This document shows positions 1 to 9,982 of a stretch of 64,000 nt of DNA, one piece after another (within the stretch, counting starts at the first letter, position 1; each line of letters starts with the position of its first letter). A program made the position numbers and the translations under genes. Origin of the DNA: an uncultured Gemmatimonadales bacterium (GTDB lineage Bacteria; Gemmatimonadota; Gemmatimonadetes; Gemmatimonadales; Gemmatimonadaceae). The notes under the pieces are model-generated. The model made no database searches. It worked only from the letters and a program-made list of their open reading frames with translations, and was not told where the DNA came from. The DNA is taken from positions 160,001 to 224,000 of the forward strand of contig CAWKNZ010000002.1 of the NCBI GenBank assembly GCA_963851265.1, read 5' to 3'.

Positions 1-360
1 CTCGGCGTCACCCTCTCGCAGTTCACGAAGCTGCCGAGTGGCGTCTACACGCGCGACGACACCGCCGGAACCGGGGCCGTGGCAGCCGTGGGAAAGGGTG
101 TGCAGGTGCAGTACACCGGCTGGCTCACGAACGGGAACAAGTTCGATTCGAGCCTCGACCGGAACGAGCCGTTCGCGTTCACGCTCGGTCAGGGCGAAGT
201 CATCCGGGGGTGGGATGAGGGGGTTGCCGGCATGAAGGTCGGGGGGACCCGTACGCTCGTCATCCCGCCAGGAATGGGATACGGCGGGACGGGGTCGCCG
301 CCCGACATCCCGCCCGACGCCGTGCTGGTGTTCCGGGTGAAGCTGCTCGGCGTACGGTAG
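1..360 (+). CDS. FKBP-type peptidyl-prolyl cis-trans isomerase (5' partial)
   Basis: Frame open from base 1; motifs [39 protein letters not shown]. Confidence 0.95.
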   Translation, partial: LGVTLSQFTKLPSGVYTRDDTAGTGAVAAVGKGVQVQYTGWLTNGNKFDSSLDRNEPFAFTLGQGEVIRGWDEGVAGMKVGGTRTLVIPPGMGYGGTGSPPDIPPDAVLVFRVKLLGVR

Positions 361-520
361 GACGCGCGAAGACGCGCGGCGTACCACCGACGTCTGGGTG
401 CACGAAGCGGATGTGCCAAACTGGATTCTGAGGCGCGATCGGTCGATACATCCGAGGACTCGCCACGCATCGCAACCGCTGGGTGCGTCCCTTCGCCAGT
501 CTCAGTTCGCATCCGTCCGT

Positions 521-2398
521 ATGGCTCCGCCGTCCCGCCCCGACCACGTCCCGGCCGCTTCCGCGCCACTCACCATCCTCGCGGAGAGTCGCCGGCGCGC
601 CGACCACGGCTTCACGTGGGCTTTTGCCGGGCTGTTCGCGGTGCTGTGTGGGGTGGCGATGCTGTTCGGGAACTGGCCGCTCGTCCTGCTCGGTGGTGGG
701 GCGGTCTGCGGACTCGGCGCCGCAGTCACGCACTTCGCGGCCGGCGCCGGGGCCACGCGCCTGACGGTCGGTGTGCTGCTCATGGCCTGGTGCGCGCTGC
801 TCATCCAGGCAACGCACGGCGCCGTCGAGAGCCACTTCGCCATTTTCGTCCTGCTCGCCGTGCTCGTCGCGTACGATGACTGGTGCGTGCCGGTGGTCGC
901 GGCGGCAGCCATCGCCGTGCATCACGTGGTCGCCCACGCGCTCCAGCACGCCGGCATGTGGGGCGTTCAGGTCATGCAACACGGTGCGCCCTTCGCCGTC
1001 GTGGTCGTACACGCGGTATTCGTGGTCGTCGAAACCGGGGCCCTCGTCGTGTTGGCGCGGCGGATGGCGGCGCGCGCCACCGAGGCGCAACGGTTGTTCG
1101 ACGCCGCCGGTGCGGTCGCCGAAGGGAATCTCTCGGTCGAAATTGCGGGTAGCGGCGTTGCCGAGCGTTTTCGCGCCATGGTGGCCGGTCTCCGGGCGGT
1201 TCTGGCCGAGACGCGGGCCGTCGCCGGCGCCGCGCGAGGGGACAGCGCCGTGGGTGGTGACCACACGGACAACCCGCTGCCCGGCGACTTCGGCGTGATG
1301 GTGGCGGAATTGCGGGCGGCGATGGGCAGCCTCGCGCGGACGCAGCAGGCCGCGCGGGACGAGTCGGCGGCCAGCACGACGTTCATCTCCGACGTGGAGC
1401 GCGTCGTCGCGGGCCTCGCCGCCAAGGATCTCGGTGCCCGCGTGGCCGCCGGACACGCGCCGCGCTACGCCGCCCTCGGCGGGCGGCTGAACGACGCGCT
1501 CGGTGTGCTCGGCGCCGCGCTCGCCGACGTCCGTGCCGCCGCCGAGCAGATCGGCGACGCGGCGGCCCAGGTGGCGACGGGCAGCGACGATCTGGCGGCC
1601 GGCAACTCCGATCAGGCGAGCCGGATCGAGGCGGTGTCCGGACACGTGCAGCGGTTGGACGAAACGAGCCAGTCGTGCGCCACGATGGCCCGCACGTCGG
1701 CGGCTGCGGCCGGCTCGGCGCGCGAGAGCGCGGAAGCCGGCGTGGAGCGGATGCGCCGCCTCGAGGCTGCTGTGGACGAGATGGGAGCGGAGATGGACCG
1801 GACCGCCAAGATCATCCGCACCATCGACGAGATCGCGTTCCAGACGAACCTGCTCGCGCTCAACGCCGCCGTCGAGGCCGCGCGCGCGGGCGACGCCGGC
1901 CGCGGGTTCGCCGTCGTGGCCGAGGAGGTGCGTGCCCTCGCGCAGCGGAGCGCCGAGGCGGCACGGTCGACGTCCACGCTGTTGGAGGCGGCCGTCGCGC
2001 GCGCCAAGGGGTCGGCCGAGATGACTCGTGAGGCCGCGCAGCAGCTCGGCGACATGCGCCGACACGTCGACGCGGTCGCGGCGGACATGGACCACCTCGT
2101 CGAGCGCAGCGTCGCTCAGGAACGCGGCGTCGCGGAGGCGCGACGTGCCATCGAGCAGATGACCCAGCTTGTCCAGCGTTCGGCCGCCAACGCCGAAGAG
2201 TCGGCGAGCGCCGCGCAGGAGCTCGCGGCGCAGGCGAAAACACAGCTCGACGTCGTCGGAGCGTTCACGGTCGGTGCGACGGGCGCGTCGGTTGGGGGTC
2301 GTGCGGCGGGTGTGGCCGAAGCGCCGGTCGCCGTCGCCGGCCACGGGGCGATCGTCTTCCGCCCCGAACGTCGTCGGGGCACGTACGCGCCCAACTGA
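521..2398 (+). CDS. Methyl-accepting chemotaxis protein with multi-TM N-terminal sensor
   Basis: Signalling hairpin [43 protein letters not shown]; hydrophobic N-terminus; ATG at 521 preferred over the track start at 398. Confidence 0.93.
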   Translation: MAPPSRPDHVPAASAPLTILAESRRRADHGFTWAFAGLFAVLCGVAMLFGNWPLVLLGGGAVCGLGAAVTHFAAGAGATRLTVGVLLMAWCALLIQATHGAVESHFAIFVLLAVLVAYDDWCVPVVAAAAIAVHHVVAHALQHAGMWGVQVMQHGAPFAVVVVHAVFVVVETGALVVLARRMAARATEAQRLFDAAGAVAEGNLSVEIAGSGVAERFRAMVAGLRAVLAETRAVAGAARGDSAVGGDHTDNPLPGDFGVMVAELRAAMGSLARTQQAARDESAASTTFISDVERVVAGLAAKDLGARVAAGHAPRYAALGGRLNDALGVLGAALADVRAAAEQIGDAAAQVATGSDDLAAGNSDQASRIEAVSGHVQRLDETSQSCATMARTSAAAAGSARESAEAGVERMRRLEAAVDEMGAEMDRTAKIIRTIDEIAFQTNLLALNAAVEAARAGDAGRGFAVVAEEVRALAQRSAEAARSTSTLLEAAVARAKGSAEMTREAAQQLGDMRRHVDAVAADMDHLVERSVAQERGVAEARRAIEQMTQLVQRSAANAEESASAAQELAAQAKTQLDVVGAFTVGATGASVGGRAAGVAEAPVAVAGHGAIVFRPERRRGTYAPN

Positions 2399-2450
2399 CG
2401 AGGTCGCGGCCGCGCGGCGCGCCGGCTCGTCGCGGGCATAGATTTTCACG

Positions 2451-3071
2451 ATGCCTGCGTCCCCCGCTCCGCGCCCGCGCGTCCGGACCGTCGCGCCCGC
2501 CGCCGGCGCGCCGGCGGCGGGCGCGCCGCAACGCATTCTCGCGGCGGCGGCGGCGTGTGCCGGGCAGCAGGGAGTCGCCCAGGTCTCGCTGCAGACCGTG
2601 GCCGGCGTGGCGGGGGTGAGCAAGGCGCTCATTCACTACCACTTTCGCGACCGCGACGCGTTGCTCGCGCGGCTTGCCGACTGGCTGAGCGACGCCGTGG
2701 TCGCCGGCGAAGCCGCCGCGCTCGCCCACGCACCGCCCACGGGCGGGCTCGACGCGCTCTGGGAGTGGCTCGGCGGCGAACTCGCGAGCGGACACATTCG
2801 CGCGCTCGTCGACCTCGGACAGGAGCAGGGCGCCGCCGTCCGCGCGGCGGTGCGCCGCTCGCGCGAGGCGCGGCGCGCGCAAGCCACGCGGACGATCGAG
2901 TGGCTGTTTCAGGCCCTCTCGCTCACGCCGCGCCTGCCCGCGCCGCTCGTCGCCGACGTGACGGTGGCCTTCCTCGACGGGCTCGCGGGTGAAGCCACCA
3001 TCGAGCCCGAAGCGAACCACCGACTGCGCTTCGACGTGTTCTGGCTGTCCGTCCTCAACCTCGCGGAATGA
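2451..3071 (+). CDS. TetR/AcrR-family transcriptional regulator
   Basis: N-terminal HTH ILAAA...SLQTVAGVAGVSKALIHYHF.DRDALL. Confidence 0.9.
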   Translation: MPASPAPRPRVRTVAPAAGAPAAGAPQRILAAAAACAGQQGVAQVSLQTVAGVAGVSKALIHYHFRDRDALLARLADWLSDAVVAGEAAALAHAPPTGGLDALWEWLGGELASGHIRALVDLGQEQGAAVRAAVRRSREARRAQATRTIEWLFQALSLTPRLPAPLVADVTVAFLDGLAGEATIEPEANHRLRFDVFWLSVLNLAE

Positions 3072-3802
3072 GCGGCCCGCGGCAGCGCGAAGCGCACGCG
3101 ACCGCGCCGCGGACCGTTGGGCGGTGGGCGCGTCGGGGTGCGGTCAGGGTGGGCGGGCTCGCGGCGGTGGCGTGGGCGGGATCGCTCGCGGCCGTGTGGC
3201 TCGCGGCGCGGCAGGACGGCGCCGCGTCGATGCCGGGACCCGCGGCGGCGATCATCGTGCTCGGCGCGGCCCAGTACGACGGTCGCCCGTCCCCGGTGCT
3301 CCGCGCGCGGCTCGACCACGCGGTCGCGCTCTGGCGCGCGGGCGTCGCGCCACGCGTGATCGTGACCGGCGGACGGCGGGCGGGCGACCGCACCACCGAA
3401 GCCGCCGCGAGCCGCCGCTATGTGGTCGACCGCGGCGTCCCCGACTCGGCGGTGCTGCTGGAGAGCGAGGGGCAGACCACCGAGCAGTCGCTACGCGCGG
3501 CCGCCGTGCTGCTGCGCCAGCTGCAACGCACCGATCCGACGCGGACCGCGCCCGGCGGTGGCGGGGTACCGCGAGACACGTCGCCGGCGTACATGCCGGC
3601 GGTGCTCGTCAGCGACCCGTTCCACATGCTCCGTCTGCAGGTGCTCGCACGCCGCTACGGCATCACGGCCTACAGCTCGCCGACGCCCACCAGCCCGATC
3701 TCGGCCCGCCCTCGTCTCGCGTGGGCCTATCTGGTACGCGAGTCCGTCAAGGTGCCGTTCACCGTCCTGCTGCCTCCGTCCGTCCATGACCGCACGAATT
3801 AG
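3068..3802 (+). CDS. YdcF/DUF218-family protein
   Basis: IIVLGAAQYDGRPSPVLRARLDHA, IVTGG, TEA, VSDPFHMLR motifs; ATGA overlap with tetR. Confidence 0.88.
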   Translation: MSGPRQREAHATAPRTVGRWARRGAVRVGGLAAVAWAGSLAAVWLAARQDGAASMPGPAAAIIVLGAAQYDGRPSPVLRARLDHAVALWRAGVAPRVIVTGGRRAGDRTTEAAASRRYVVDRGVPDSAVLLESEGQTTEQSLRAAAVLLRQLQRTDPTRTAPGGGGVPRDTSPAYMPAVLVSDPFHMLRLQVLARRYGITAYSSPTPTSPISARPRLAWAYLVRESVKVPFTVLLPPSVHDRTN

Positions 3803-5225
3803 AAAGGGAGTGGTCCGAAAGGCGCTCGCGCTCGCCGCGCTGCTCGCGGCGGCGCCGGCCGCGCGCGCGCAGTCCGTGCCCGCGCTGCGCTTCGAGAAGT
3901 ACTCGCTGCCCAACGGGCTCGAGGTGATCCTGAGTGAGGACCACTCGGTGCCGCTCGTCGCGGTCGACACCTGGTACCACGTGGGCTCGGGAGACGAGAA
4001 GCCCGGGCGTACCGGCTTCGCGCACCTGTTCGAGCACATCATGTTCATGGGCTCGCAGCACGTGCCCGTGGGCTCGTTCGACCAGTGGCTCGAGGCGGCG
4101 GGGGGCAACAACAACGGCTCGACGACCGAGGACCGGACCAACTACTTCGAGTACATGCCGAGCAACGCGCTGCCCCTCGCGCTGTGGCTCGACGCCGACC
4201 GGATGGGGCACCTGCTGCCGACGATGGACCAGGCGAAGGTCGACCTGCAGCGCGACGTCGTGAAGAACGAGCGGCGGCAGCGCGTCGACAACGTGCCGTA
4301 CGGCCGCGCCGACGAGACGATCCGCGGCGCCCTCTACCCCGCCGGTCACCCGTACTCGTGGCCGGTGATCGGGTCGATGGCCGACCTGTCGGCCGCGACG
4401 CTGGACGACGTGCGGAATTTCTTCCGCACCTACTACGCGCCCAACAACGCCACGCTCGTGATCGCGGGGGACTTCGCGCCGGACTCGGCGAAGGCGTGGG
4501 TGCGGCAGTACTTCGGCGGCATCCCGCGCGGCCCGGCCCTCCCCGCGCGCCCCAACCCCGCGCGCGTGTCGCTCGCCCGCGACACGATGCTCGTGCTGGA
4601 GGACAAGGTGCAGCTGCCGCGCTTCTACTACACGTGGCCGACGGTGCGCCTGTTCACGGCCGACGACGCGCCGCTCGAGATCCTCGCCGACGTGCTCGCC
4701 GGCGACAAGAACTCGCGGCTGTACAAGCGGCTGGTGTACGAGCAGCAGACGGCGCAGGCGGTGGCGGCCTACCAGGACGGCAACCGCCTCGCGGGGGCGT
4801 TCACCCTGTCGGTGACGCCCAAGCCGGGGCAGGCGCCGGCGGCGCTGGCCGCCGCGGCGGACGAGGAGGTCGCGCGCCTGGCGCGCGAGGGCCCGACCGC
4901 GCGCGAACTCGAACGCGCCAAGAACTCCGTCCGTGTCACCTTCCTCGACCGACTCGCGAGCGTCAACAGCAAGGCCGACGTGCTCAACACCTACAACTAC
5001 CTCGCCGGCACGCCGGACTACGCGCGGCAGGACGCGGCCCGCTACGACGCGGTGACCGCGGCGGACGTGCAGCGCGTGGCGCGGCAGTACCTCGCGGCGC
5101 ACAAGGTGGTGCTCACCATCGTGCCCGTCGGGCGGCGATCGCTTGCGTTAGGCGGCGCGGCGGCGACGCTGGTGCCGGGCGCCGCGCCCGGGTCGGGCGC
5201 CGCGGCGAGCGGGGGGGCGCGCTGA
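3786..5225 (+). CDS. M16B zinc peptidase, catalytic subunit, with signal peptide
   Basis: HXXEH (HLFEH), NGSTTEDRTNY, VVKNERRQR; signal peptide ALALAALLAAAPAARA/Q; start could be GTG 3810. Confidence 0.93.
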   Translation: MTARIRKGVVRKALALAALLAAAPAARAQSVPALRFEKYSLPNGLEVILSEDHSVPLVAVDTWYHVGSGDEKPGRTGFAHLFEHIMFMGSQHVPVGSFDQWLEAAGGNNNGSTTEDRTNYFEYMPSNALPLALWLDADRMGHLLPTMDQAKVDLQRDVVKNERRQRVDNVPYGRADETIRGALYPAGHPYSWPVIGSMADLSAATLDDVRNFFRTYYAPNNATLVIAGDFAPDSAKAWVRQYFGGIPRGPALPARPNPARVSLARDTMLVLEDKVQLPRFYYTWPTVRLFTADDAPLEILADVLAGDKNSRLYKRLVYEQQTAQAVAAYQDGNRLAGAFTLSVTPKPGQAPAALAAAADEEVARLAREGPTARELERAKNSVRVTFLDRLASVNSKADVLNTYNYLAGTPDYARQDAARYDAVTAADVQRVARQYLAAHKVVLTIVPVGRRSLALGGAAATLVPGAAPGSGAAASGGAR

Positions 5226-6754
5226 TGCGCCGGCCCGCGCTCGCCTGCGCACCGCTCGCGGCCTTCGGGCTCGCGCTCGCCGCGGGGGCCGCGTCGGCCC
5301 CGGCGTTCGCGCAGGCGCCCGCCGCCGACGGCTTTCCGCCCACGCGTCCGACGCTCGGGGCGCCGAAGGCGCTCCACCTGCCGCCCGCGGCCGAGCGGCG
5401 GCTGCCTAACGGTCTGCGGGTCGTCGTCGTCGAGAAGCACGAGCTGCCGCTCGCGGACTTCGCGCTCGTCGTCGGCACGGGGACCGAGGCAGACCCGGCG
5501 GGGCGTGAAGGGCTCGCGACGATGACGGCCGCGCTGCTCGACGAGGGCACCGCGACGCGTTCGTCGCTCCAGATCGCCGACCAGGCCGCGTACCTGGGCG
5601 TGACGCTCCACACGCGCGCGGGGTGGGACGCGTCCGAGGTACTGCTGCACACGCCGACGGCGCAGACGGACAGCGCGCTCGCGCTGATGGCGGACGTGAC
5701 GACGCACCCGACCTTCCCCGTCGCGGAGCTCGACCGGCTGCGGAACGACCGGCTCACGGGGCTGTTGCAGCTGCGCGACCGCGCGCCGGCGATCGCGAGT
5801 CGCGCGTTCGCGCAGGCGGTGTTCGGCGCCGGGCACCCGTACGCGCGCCCCGCCGACGGCACCGAGGCGAGCACGCGCGCGCTCACGCGCGACGACGTGC
5901 AGCGCTTCTACGCCGGCGCGTGGCGCCCCGACAACGCGACGCTCGTCGTGGTGGGCGACGTCACGCCGGACGACGTCGCGCGGCGCGCGGAACGTGCGTT
6001 CGGCGCGTGGCGGGCGCCGGCCGGGGTGGCGCTCGCCGCGCCCGTCGTGCCGGCGGCGCCGAGCGCGGGCGTCGCGCGCGTGGTGCTGGTCGACAAGCCC
6101 GGCGCGCCGCAGTCGAGCGTGCGCATCGGGATGCCGGCCGCGGCGCGCGCGACGCCCGACTACTTCCCGCTCGTCGTGCTCAACACGGTGTTGGGCGGCA
6201 GCTTCGCGAGCCGCCTCAACCAGAACCTGCGCGAGACGCACGGCTACACGTACGGCGCGGAGTCGGCGTTCGACCTGCGCCGCGCGGCGGGGCCGTTCGT
6301 CTCGGGCGCCGAGGTGACGGCGACGAAGACGGATAGCGCGCTCGTCGAGTTCATGAAGGAGCTGCGCGCGGTGGGCGACACGGTGCCCGCGGCGGAGCTG
6401 GACAAGGCGAAGCGGTACCTCGTGTTGCAGATGCCCGGCGAGTTCGAGACGACCGGCGGGATCGCGGGGGGGCTGATTCCGGTGGTCACGTACGGGCTGC
6501 CGCTGGACTACTACAACGGCTACGCGGCGCGGGTGCAGGCGGTGACGCAGGCCGACGTGCAGCGGGTCGCGCGGCGGTACGTGGATCCGGCCCACCTGAC
6601 CATCGTGGTCGTCGGCGACCGGGCGTCGGTCGAGCCGCGGCTGCGCGCGCTGAATTTGGGGCCGGTCGAGATCCGGTCGGCGGCGGACGTGTTGGGGGCG
6701 AGCGCGGCGGTGCCGGCCGGCGCCGCGGGCGCGGGCGGGCCGTCGGCGCGGTAA
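5225..6754 (+). CDS. M16B peptidase, non-catalytic partner subunit, with signal peptide
   Basis: No HXXEH; SRLNQNLRETHGYTYG (R/Y pair); signal peptide ending AFA/Q; TGATG coupling to the previous gene. Confidence 0.9.
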   Translation: MRRPALACAPLAAFGLALAAGAASAPAFAQAPAADGFPPTRPTLGAPKALHLPPAAERRLPNGLRVVVVEKHELPLADFALVVGTGTEADPAGREGLATMTAALLDEGTATRSSLQIADQAAYLGVTLHTRAGWDASEVLLHTPTAQTDSALALMADVTTHPTFPVAELDRLRNDRLTGLLQLRDRAPAIASRAFAQAVFGAGHPYARPADGTEASTRALTRDDVQRFYAGAWRPDNATLVVVGDVTPDDVARRAERAFGAWRAPAGVALAAPVVPAAPSAGVARVVLVDKPGAPQSSVRIGMPAAARATPDYFPLVVLNTVLGGSFASRLNQNLRETHGYTYGAESAFDLRRAAGPFVSGAEVTATKTDSALVEFMKELRAVGDTVPAAELDKAKRYLVLQMPGEFETTGGIAGGLIPVVTYGLPLDYYNGYAARVQAVTQADVQRVARRYVDPAHLTIVVVGDRASVEPRLRALNLGPVEIRSAADVLGASAAVPAGAAGAGGPSAR

Positions 6755-6778
6755 CCGGGGCGCCCAACCGGGGCGCCC
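6753..6778. terminator. GGGCGCCC-N5-GGGCGCCC hairpin between convergent genes (13-bp tandem duplication)
   Basis: aaccggggcgccc twice; the palindromic GGGCGCCC copies can pair; no U-tract. Confidence 0.4.
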
Positions 6779-6793
6779 GCCCCGCGGATCGTC

Positions 6794-7159
6794 TCAGACC
6801 GAACCCCGTGCCCCCTGGGCCGCCCCGTCCAGCTCCCGCTCGAGTTCATCGGCCTTGATGTCGAAGTGCGAGGCCTCGTAGAGCACCCGGCCGTTCGCGA
6901 GCAGGATCGCCTGCGGCGACTCGTGCGTGACGCCGGCGCGCTCGGCGATGTCGCGCGAGAGGGTGCGTTGGGCGTTGACGTCGACGATCCAGACCGGCGC
7001 GTCGGGGCGGTCCTGGAGGAGCCGGCGGACTTCGACGACGGCGGCGGCCGCGATGGGGCAGCGGGTGCTGTGTTTGTAGACGAGCGCGAGCGGCGCGCCG
7101 AAGACGTCGTCCAACTGATTGGGCGCGGTGAGCGGGCGCGGAGCGGGGGAGTCGGCCAT
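6794..7159 (-). CDS. ytxJ: YtxJ/BrxC-family monothiol thioredoxin-like protein (bacilliredoxin-like)
   Basis: YKHSTRCPI monothiol motif and V.HESPQAIL, typical of YtxJ. Confidence 0.85.
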   Translation of the reverse strand: MADSPAPRPLTAPNQLDDVFGAPLALVYKHSTRCPIAAAAVVEVRRLLQDRPDAPVWIVDVNAQRTLSRDIAERAGVTHESPQAILLANGRVLYEASHFDIKADELERELDGAAQGARGSV

Positions 7160-7247
7160 CGCAGTACTCGGGGCTGAAGGGGAACCGTGTGTCTGGGTGG
7201 CACAACCCGTTCCCGCGACTCATCCGTTGCGTCATCTTTTCCGCATC

Positions 7248-8603
7248 ATGACAACTCCCGAGATCTCCGCGCTCGACATTCCGATCGAGACCTACACGCT
7301 GCCGAACGGGCTGTGCGTGTCGCTGTCCGAGGATCATTCCGCGCCCGTCGTCGCCGTCAACCTGTGGTATCACGTGGGGTCGGCCAACGAGCGCGCGGGG
7401 CGGACGGGGTTCGCCCACCTGTTCGAGCACATGCTCTTTCAGGGGTCAGCCAACGTGGGGGCGAACGAGCACTTCGAACTCGTCCAGCGCGCGGGGGGAA
7501 CGCTCAACGGCTCGACGTGGCTCGACCGGACGAACTACTTCGAGACGGTGCCGAGCAACCAGCTGGCGCTCGCGCTGTGGCTGGAGGCGGACCGGATGGC
7601 GCGCCTGCTGCCGGCGATGACGCAGGAGAAGCTGGACACGCAGCGCGACGTCGTGAAGAACGAGCGCCGGTGGAGCATGGACAACCAGCCGTACGGGACC
7701 TGGTGGGAGAAGCTCCCGGCGCTCGCGTACCCCGAGACGCATCCGTTCCACCACTCGCTCATCGGGTCGATGGCCGACCTCGACGCGGCGTCGCTGGAGG
7801 ACGTGCGGCAGTTCTTCGCGACGTACTACACGCCCGACAACGCGGTGCTCACCGTGGCCGGCGATTTCGAACCGGGCGAGGCGAAAGCGCTCATCGCGGA
7901 GCTGTACGGCCCGATCCCGCGCGGCGCGGGCAGGCCCCCGCTTCCGCCGATGGAGCTGCCGGCGACGTTCGGGCGGACGCTGCGCGAGGAGGTCGCCGAC
8001 GACGTGCAGCTGCCGCGCGTGTTCCTCGCGTTCCGGATCCCGCCTTTCGGGGCGGACGGGCACTACGTGGCCGAGATGGGGGCCGCGGTGCTGGGGATGC
8101 GGCAGGGCAGTCGGCTCGTGCGGGCGCTCGTCCGCGAGCAGCAGGTGGCGACCGACGTGCACGCGTTCACGTACGACCTGCCCAAGGGCGCCGACCTGCT
8201 CGTCATCGACGCGGTAGCGCGGCCGGGGGTGAGCGCGGCGCAGCTGGAGGCGGCGATCGCGGCCGAGGTCGATCGCGTGCGTACGGAGGGCGTTTCGGAA
8301 GCGGAGCTCGAGCGGGCGCGGGCGCTCGTCGAGAGCGGGTTCATCGTGGCGCTGCAGTCGGCGGGGGACCGGGCCGACCAGATCTCGCGCTTCGCGTGCT
8401 ACTTCGGCGACCCGACCCTCGTGAACGCGCAGGTGGCGCGGTATCAGGCGGTGACGGCCGAGCAGGTGACCGCGTTCGCCCGCGAGACGTTGGGGGAGGA
8501 CAACCGGGCGTACCTCGTGTACGTGCCGCGCGCCGGCGCGGACGAGGGCGCGCTCGACGCCGAAGTGCTCGGCACCGACGCGCTGACCGAGGTGATCGCG
8601 TGA
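7248..8603 (+). CDS. M16B zinc peptidase, catalytic subunit (no signal peptide)
   Basis: HLFEH, NGSTWLDRTNY, VVKNERR; starts MTTPEISALDIPIE with no hydrophobic leader. Confidence 0.93.
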   Translation: MTTPEISALDIPIETYTLPNGLCVSLSEDHSAPVVAVNLWYHVGSANERAGRTGFAHLFEHMLFQGSANVGANEHFELVQRAGGTLNGSTWLDRTNYFETVPSNQLALALWLEADRMARLLPAMTQEKLDTQRDVVKNERRWSMDNQPYGTWWEKLPALAYPETHPFHHSLIGSMADLDAASLEDVRQFFATYYTPDNAVLTVAGDFEPGEAKALIAELYGPIPRGAGRPPLPPMELPATFGRTLREEVADDVQLPRVFLAFRIPPFGADGHYVAEMGAAVLGMRQGSRLVRALVREQQVATDVHAFTYDLPKGADLLVIDAVARPGVSAAQLEAAIAAEVDRVRTEGVSEAELERARALVESGFIVALQSAGDRADQISRFACYFGDPTLVNAQVARYQAVTAEQVTAFARETLGEDNRAYLVYVPRAGADEGALDAEVLGTDALTEVIA

Positions 8604-9982
8604 CCGGCGTCGAGGCGAGCGAGGCACCACCGCGCCCGGATCCGGGCGAGCCGCGGCCCTACCACTTTCCGCATTTCGAGCGGCGGCAGCTGCCCAACGG
8701 GCTGCGGCTCGTGGTGGCGCCCGTGCACCGGCTGCCGCTCGTGAGCGTGGTGGTCGTGGTGGATGCGGGCGCGGCGAGCGATCCGGCGGGCAAGGAAGGG
8801 CTCGCCGTGCTCACGGCGCGCGCGCTGGTCGAGGGCACCGCGTCGATGGACGCCGTCGCGCTCGTCGAGCGCGTGGAAGGGCTCGGTTCTGCGCTCGACA
8901 GCGGGGCGGACTGGGACGCGGCGGTCGTCTCGCTCACCGCGCTCGCGCCCAAGCTGGCCGAAGCGTTCGAGGTACTGGCCGACGTCCTCGTGCGCCCGGC
9001 GTTCCCGGGGCGCGAGGTGGAGCGGCTGAAGGGCGAGCGGCTGGCCGAACTGCTCCACACGCGGTCGGACCCGCGCGGGCTGGCGGAGGAGGCGTTCGCG
9101 CGAGCGGTGTACGCGGCCGGGTCGCGGTACGCGCGCGCCGAGGCGGGGGGCGAGATGTCCGTGTCGGGGCTCACCGGCGCGGACGTGCGCGCGTTCCACG
9201 CGGCGCGCTACCAACCCGCGGCAACGACGGTGATCGTGGCCGGCGACGTCACGGTGGACGTGGCCGAGTCCCTCGTCGCGCGGACGCTCGGGGGCTGGAG
9301 CGGGGCGGCGGTGCCGGCGCTCGTGCCGGCCGACGCGCCCGGCGCGACCACGCGGCGCGTGCACCTCGTGCCGAAGGCGGACGCGGCGCAGAGCGAGGTG
9401 CGGCTCGGGCACGTCGGGGTGCCGCGAGCGACGCCGGACTACTTCCCGCTGCTCGTCATGAACAGCATCCTCGGCGGCCTGTTCAACTCGCGGGTCAACA
9501 TGAACCTGCGCGAGCGGCACGGCTACACGTACGGCGCGCGGTCGGGCTTCGACTGGCGGCGCGGGGCGGGGCCGTTCTCGGTGGACAGCGCCGTGGCGAG
9601 CGACGTGACCGTCGCGGCCGCTCGCGAGATGCTCACCGAGATCGACCGCATGCGCGAGGAGGCGGTGGGCGACGACGAGCTCTCGCTCGCGACGAGCTAC
9701 CTCGACGGCGTGTTCCCGATCCGCTACGAGACGACTGCCGCGATCGCGGGCGCGCTGGCGAGTGCGGTGGTGTACGGCCTGCCGGACGAGTACTTCGACG
9801 AGTATCGGGCACGCGTGCGCGGCGTGACGGCGGCAGCGGTGCAGGGGGTGGCGCGCGAGTATCTGCGCCCCGAGGCCCTGCAGCTGCTCGTCGTCGGCGA
9901 CCCGGCGGCGGTCCGCGAGCCGCTCGAGGCGCTGGGTTTCGGAGAACTCGTCGTGCACGACATCGACGCGGTGGTGCGCTGA
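8600..9982 (+). CDS. M16B peptidase, non-catalytic partner subunit (no signal peptide)
   Basis: No HXXEH; SRVNMNLRERHGYTYG; GTGA overlap with the upstream gene. Confidence 0.9.
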   Translation: MTGVEASEAPPRPDPGEPRPYHFPHFERRQLPNGLRLVVAPVHRLPLVSVVVVVDAGAASDPAGKEGLAVLTARALVEGTASMDAVALVERVEGLGSALDSGADWDAAVVSLTALAPKLAEAFEVLADVLVRPAFPGREVERLKGERLAELLHTRSDPRGLAEEAFARAVYAAGSRYARAEAGGEMSVSGLTGADVRAFHAARYQPAATTVIVAGDVTVDVAESLVARTLGGWSGAAVPALVPADAPGATTRRVHLVPKADAAQSEVRLGHVGVPRATPDYFPLLVMNSILGGLFNSRVNMNLRERHGYTYGARSGFDWRRGAGPFSVDSAVASDVTVAAAREMLTEIDRMREEAVGDDELSLATSYLDGVFPIRYETTAAIAGALASAVVYGLPDEYFDEYRARVRGVTAAAVQGVAREYLRPEALQLLVVGDPAAVREPLEALGFGELVVHDIDAVVR

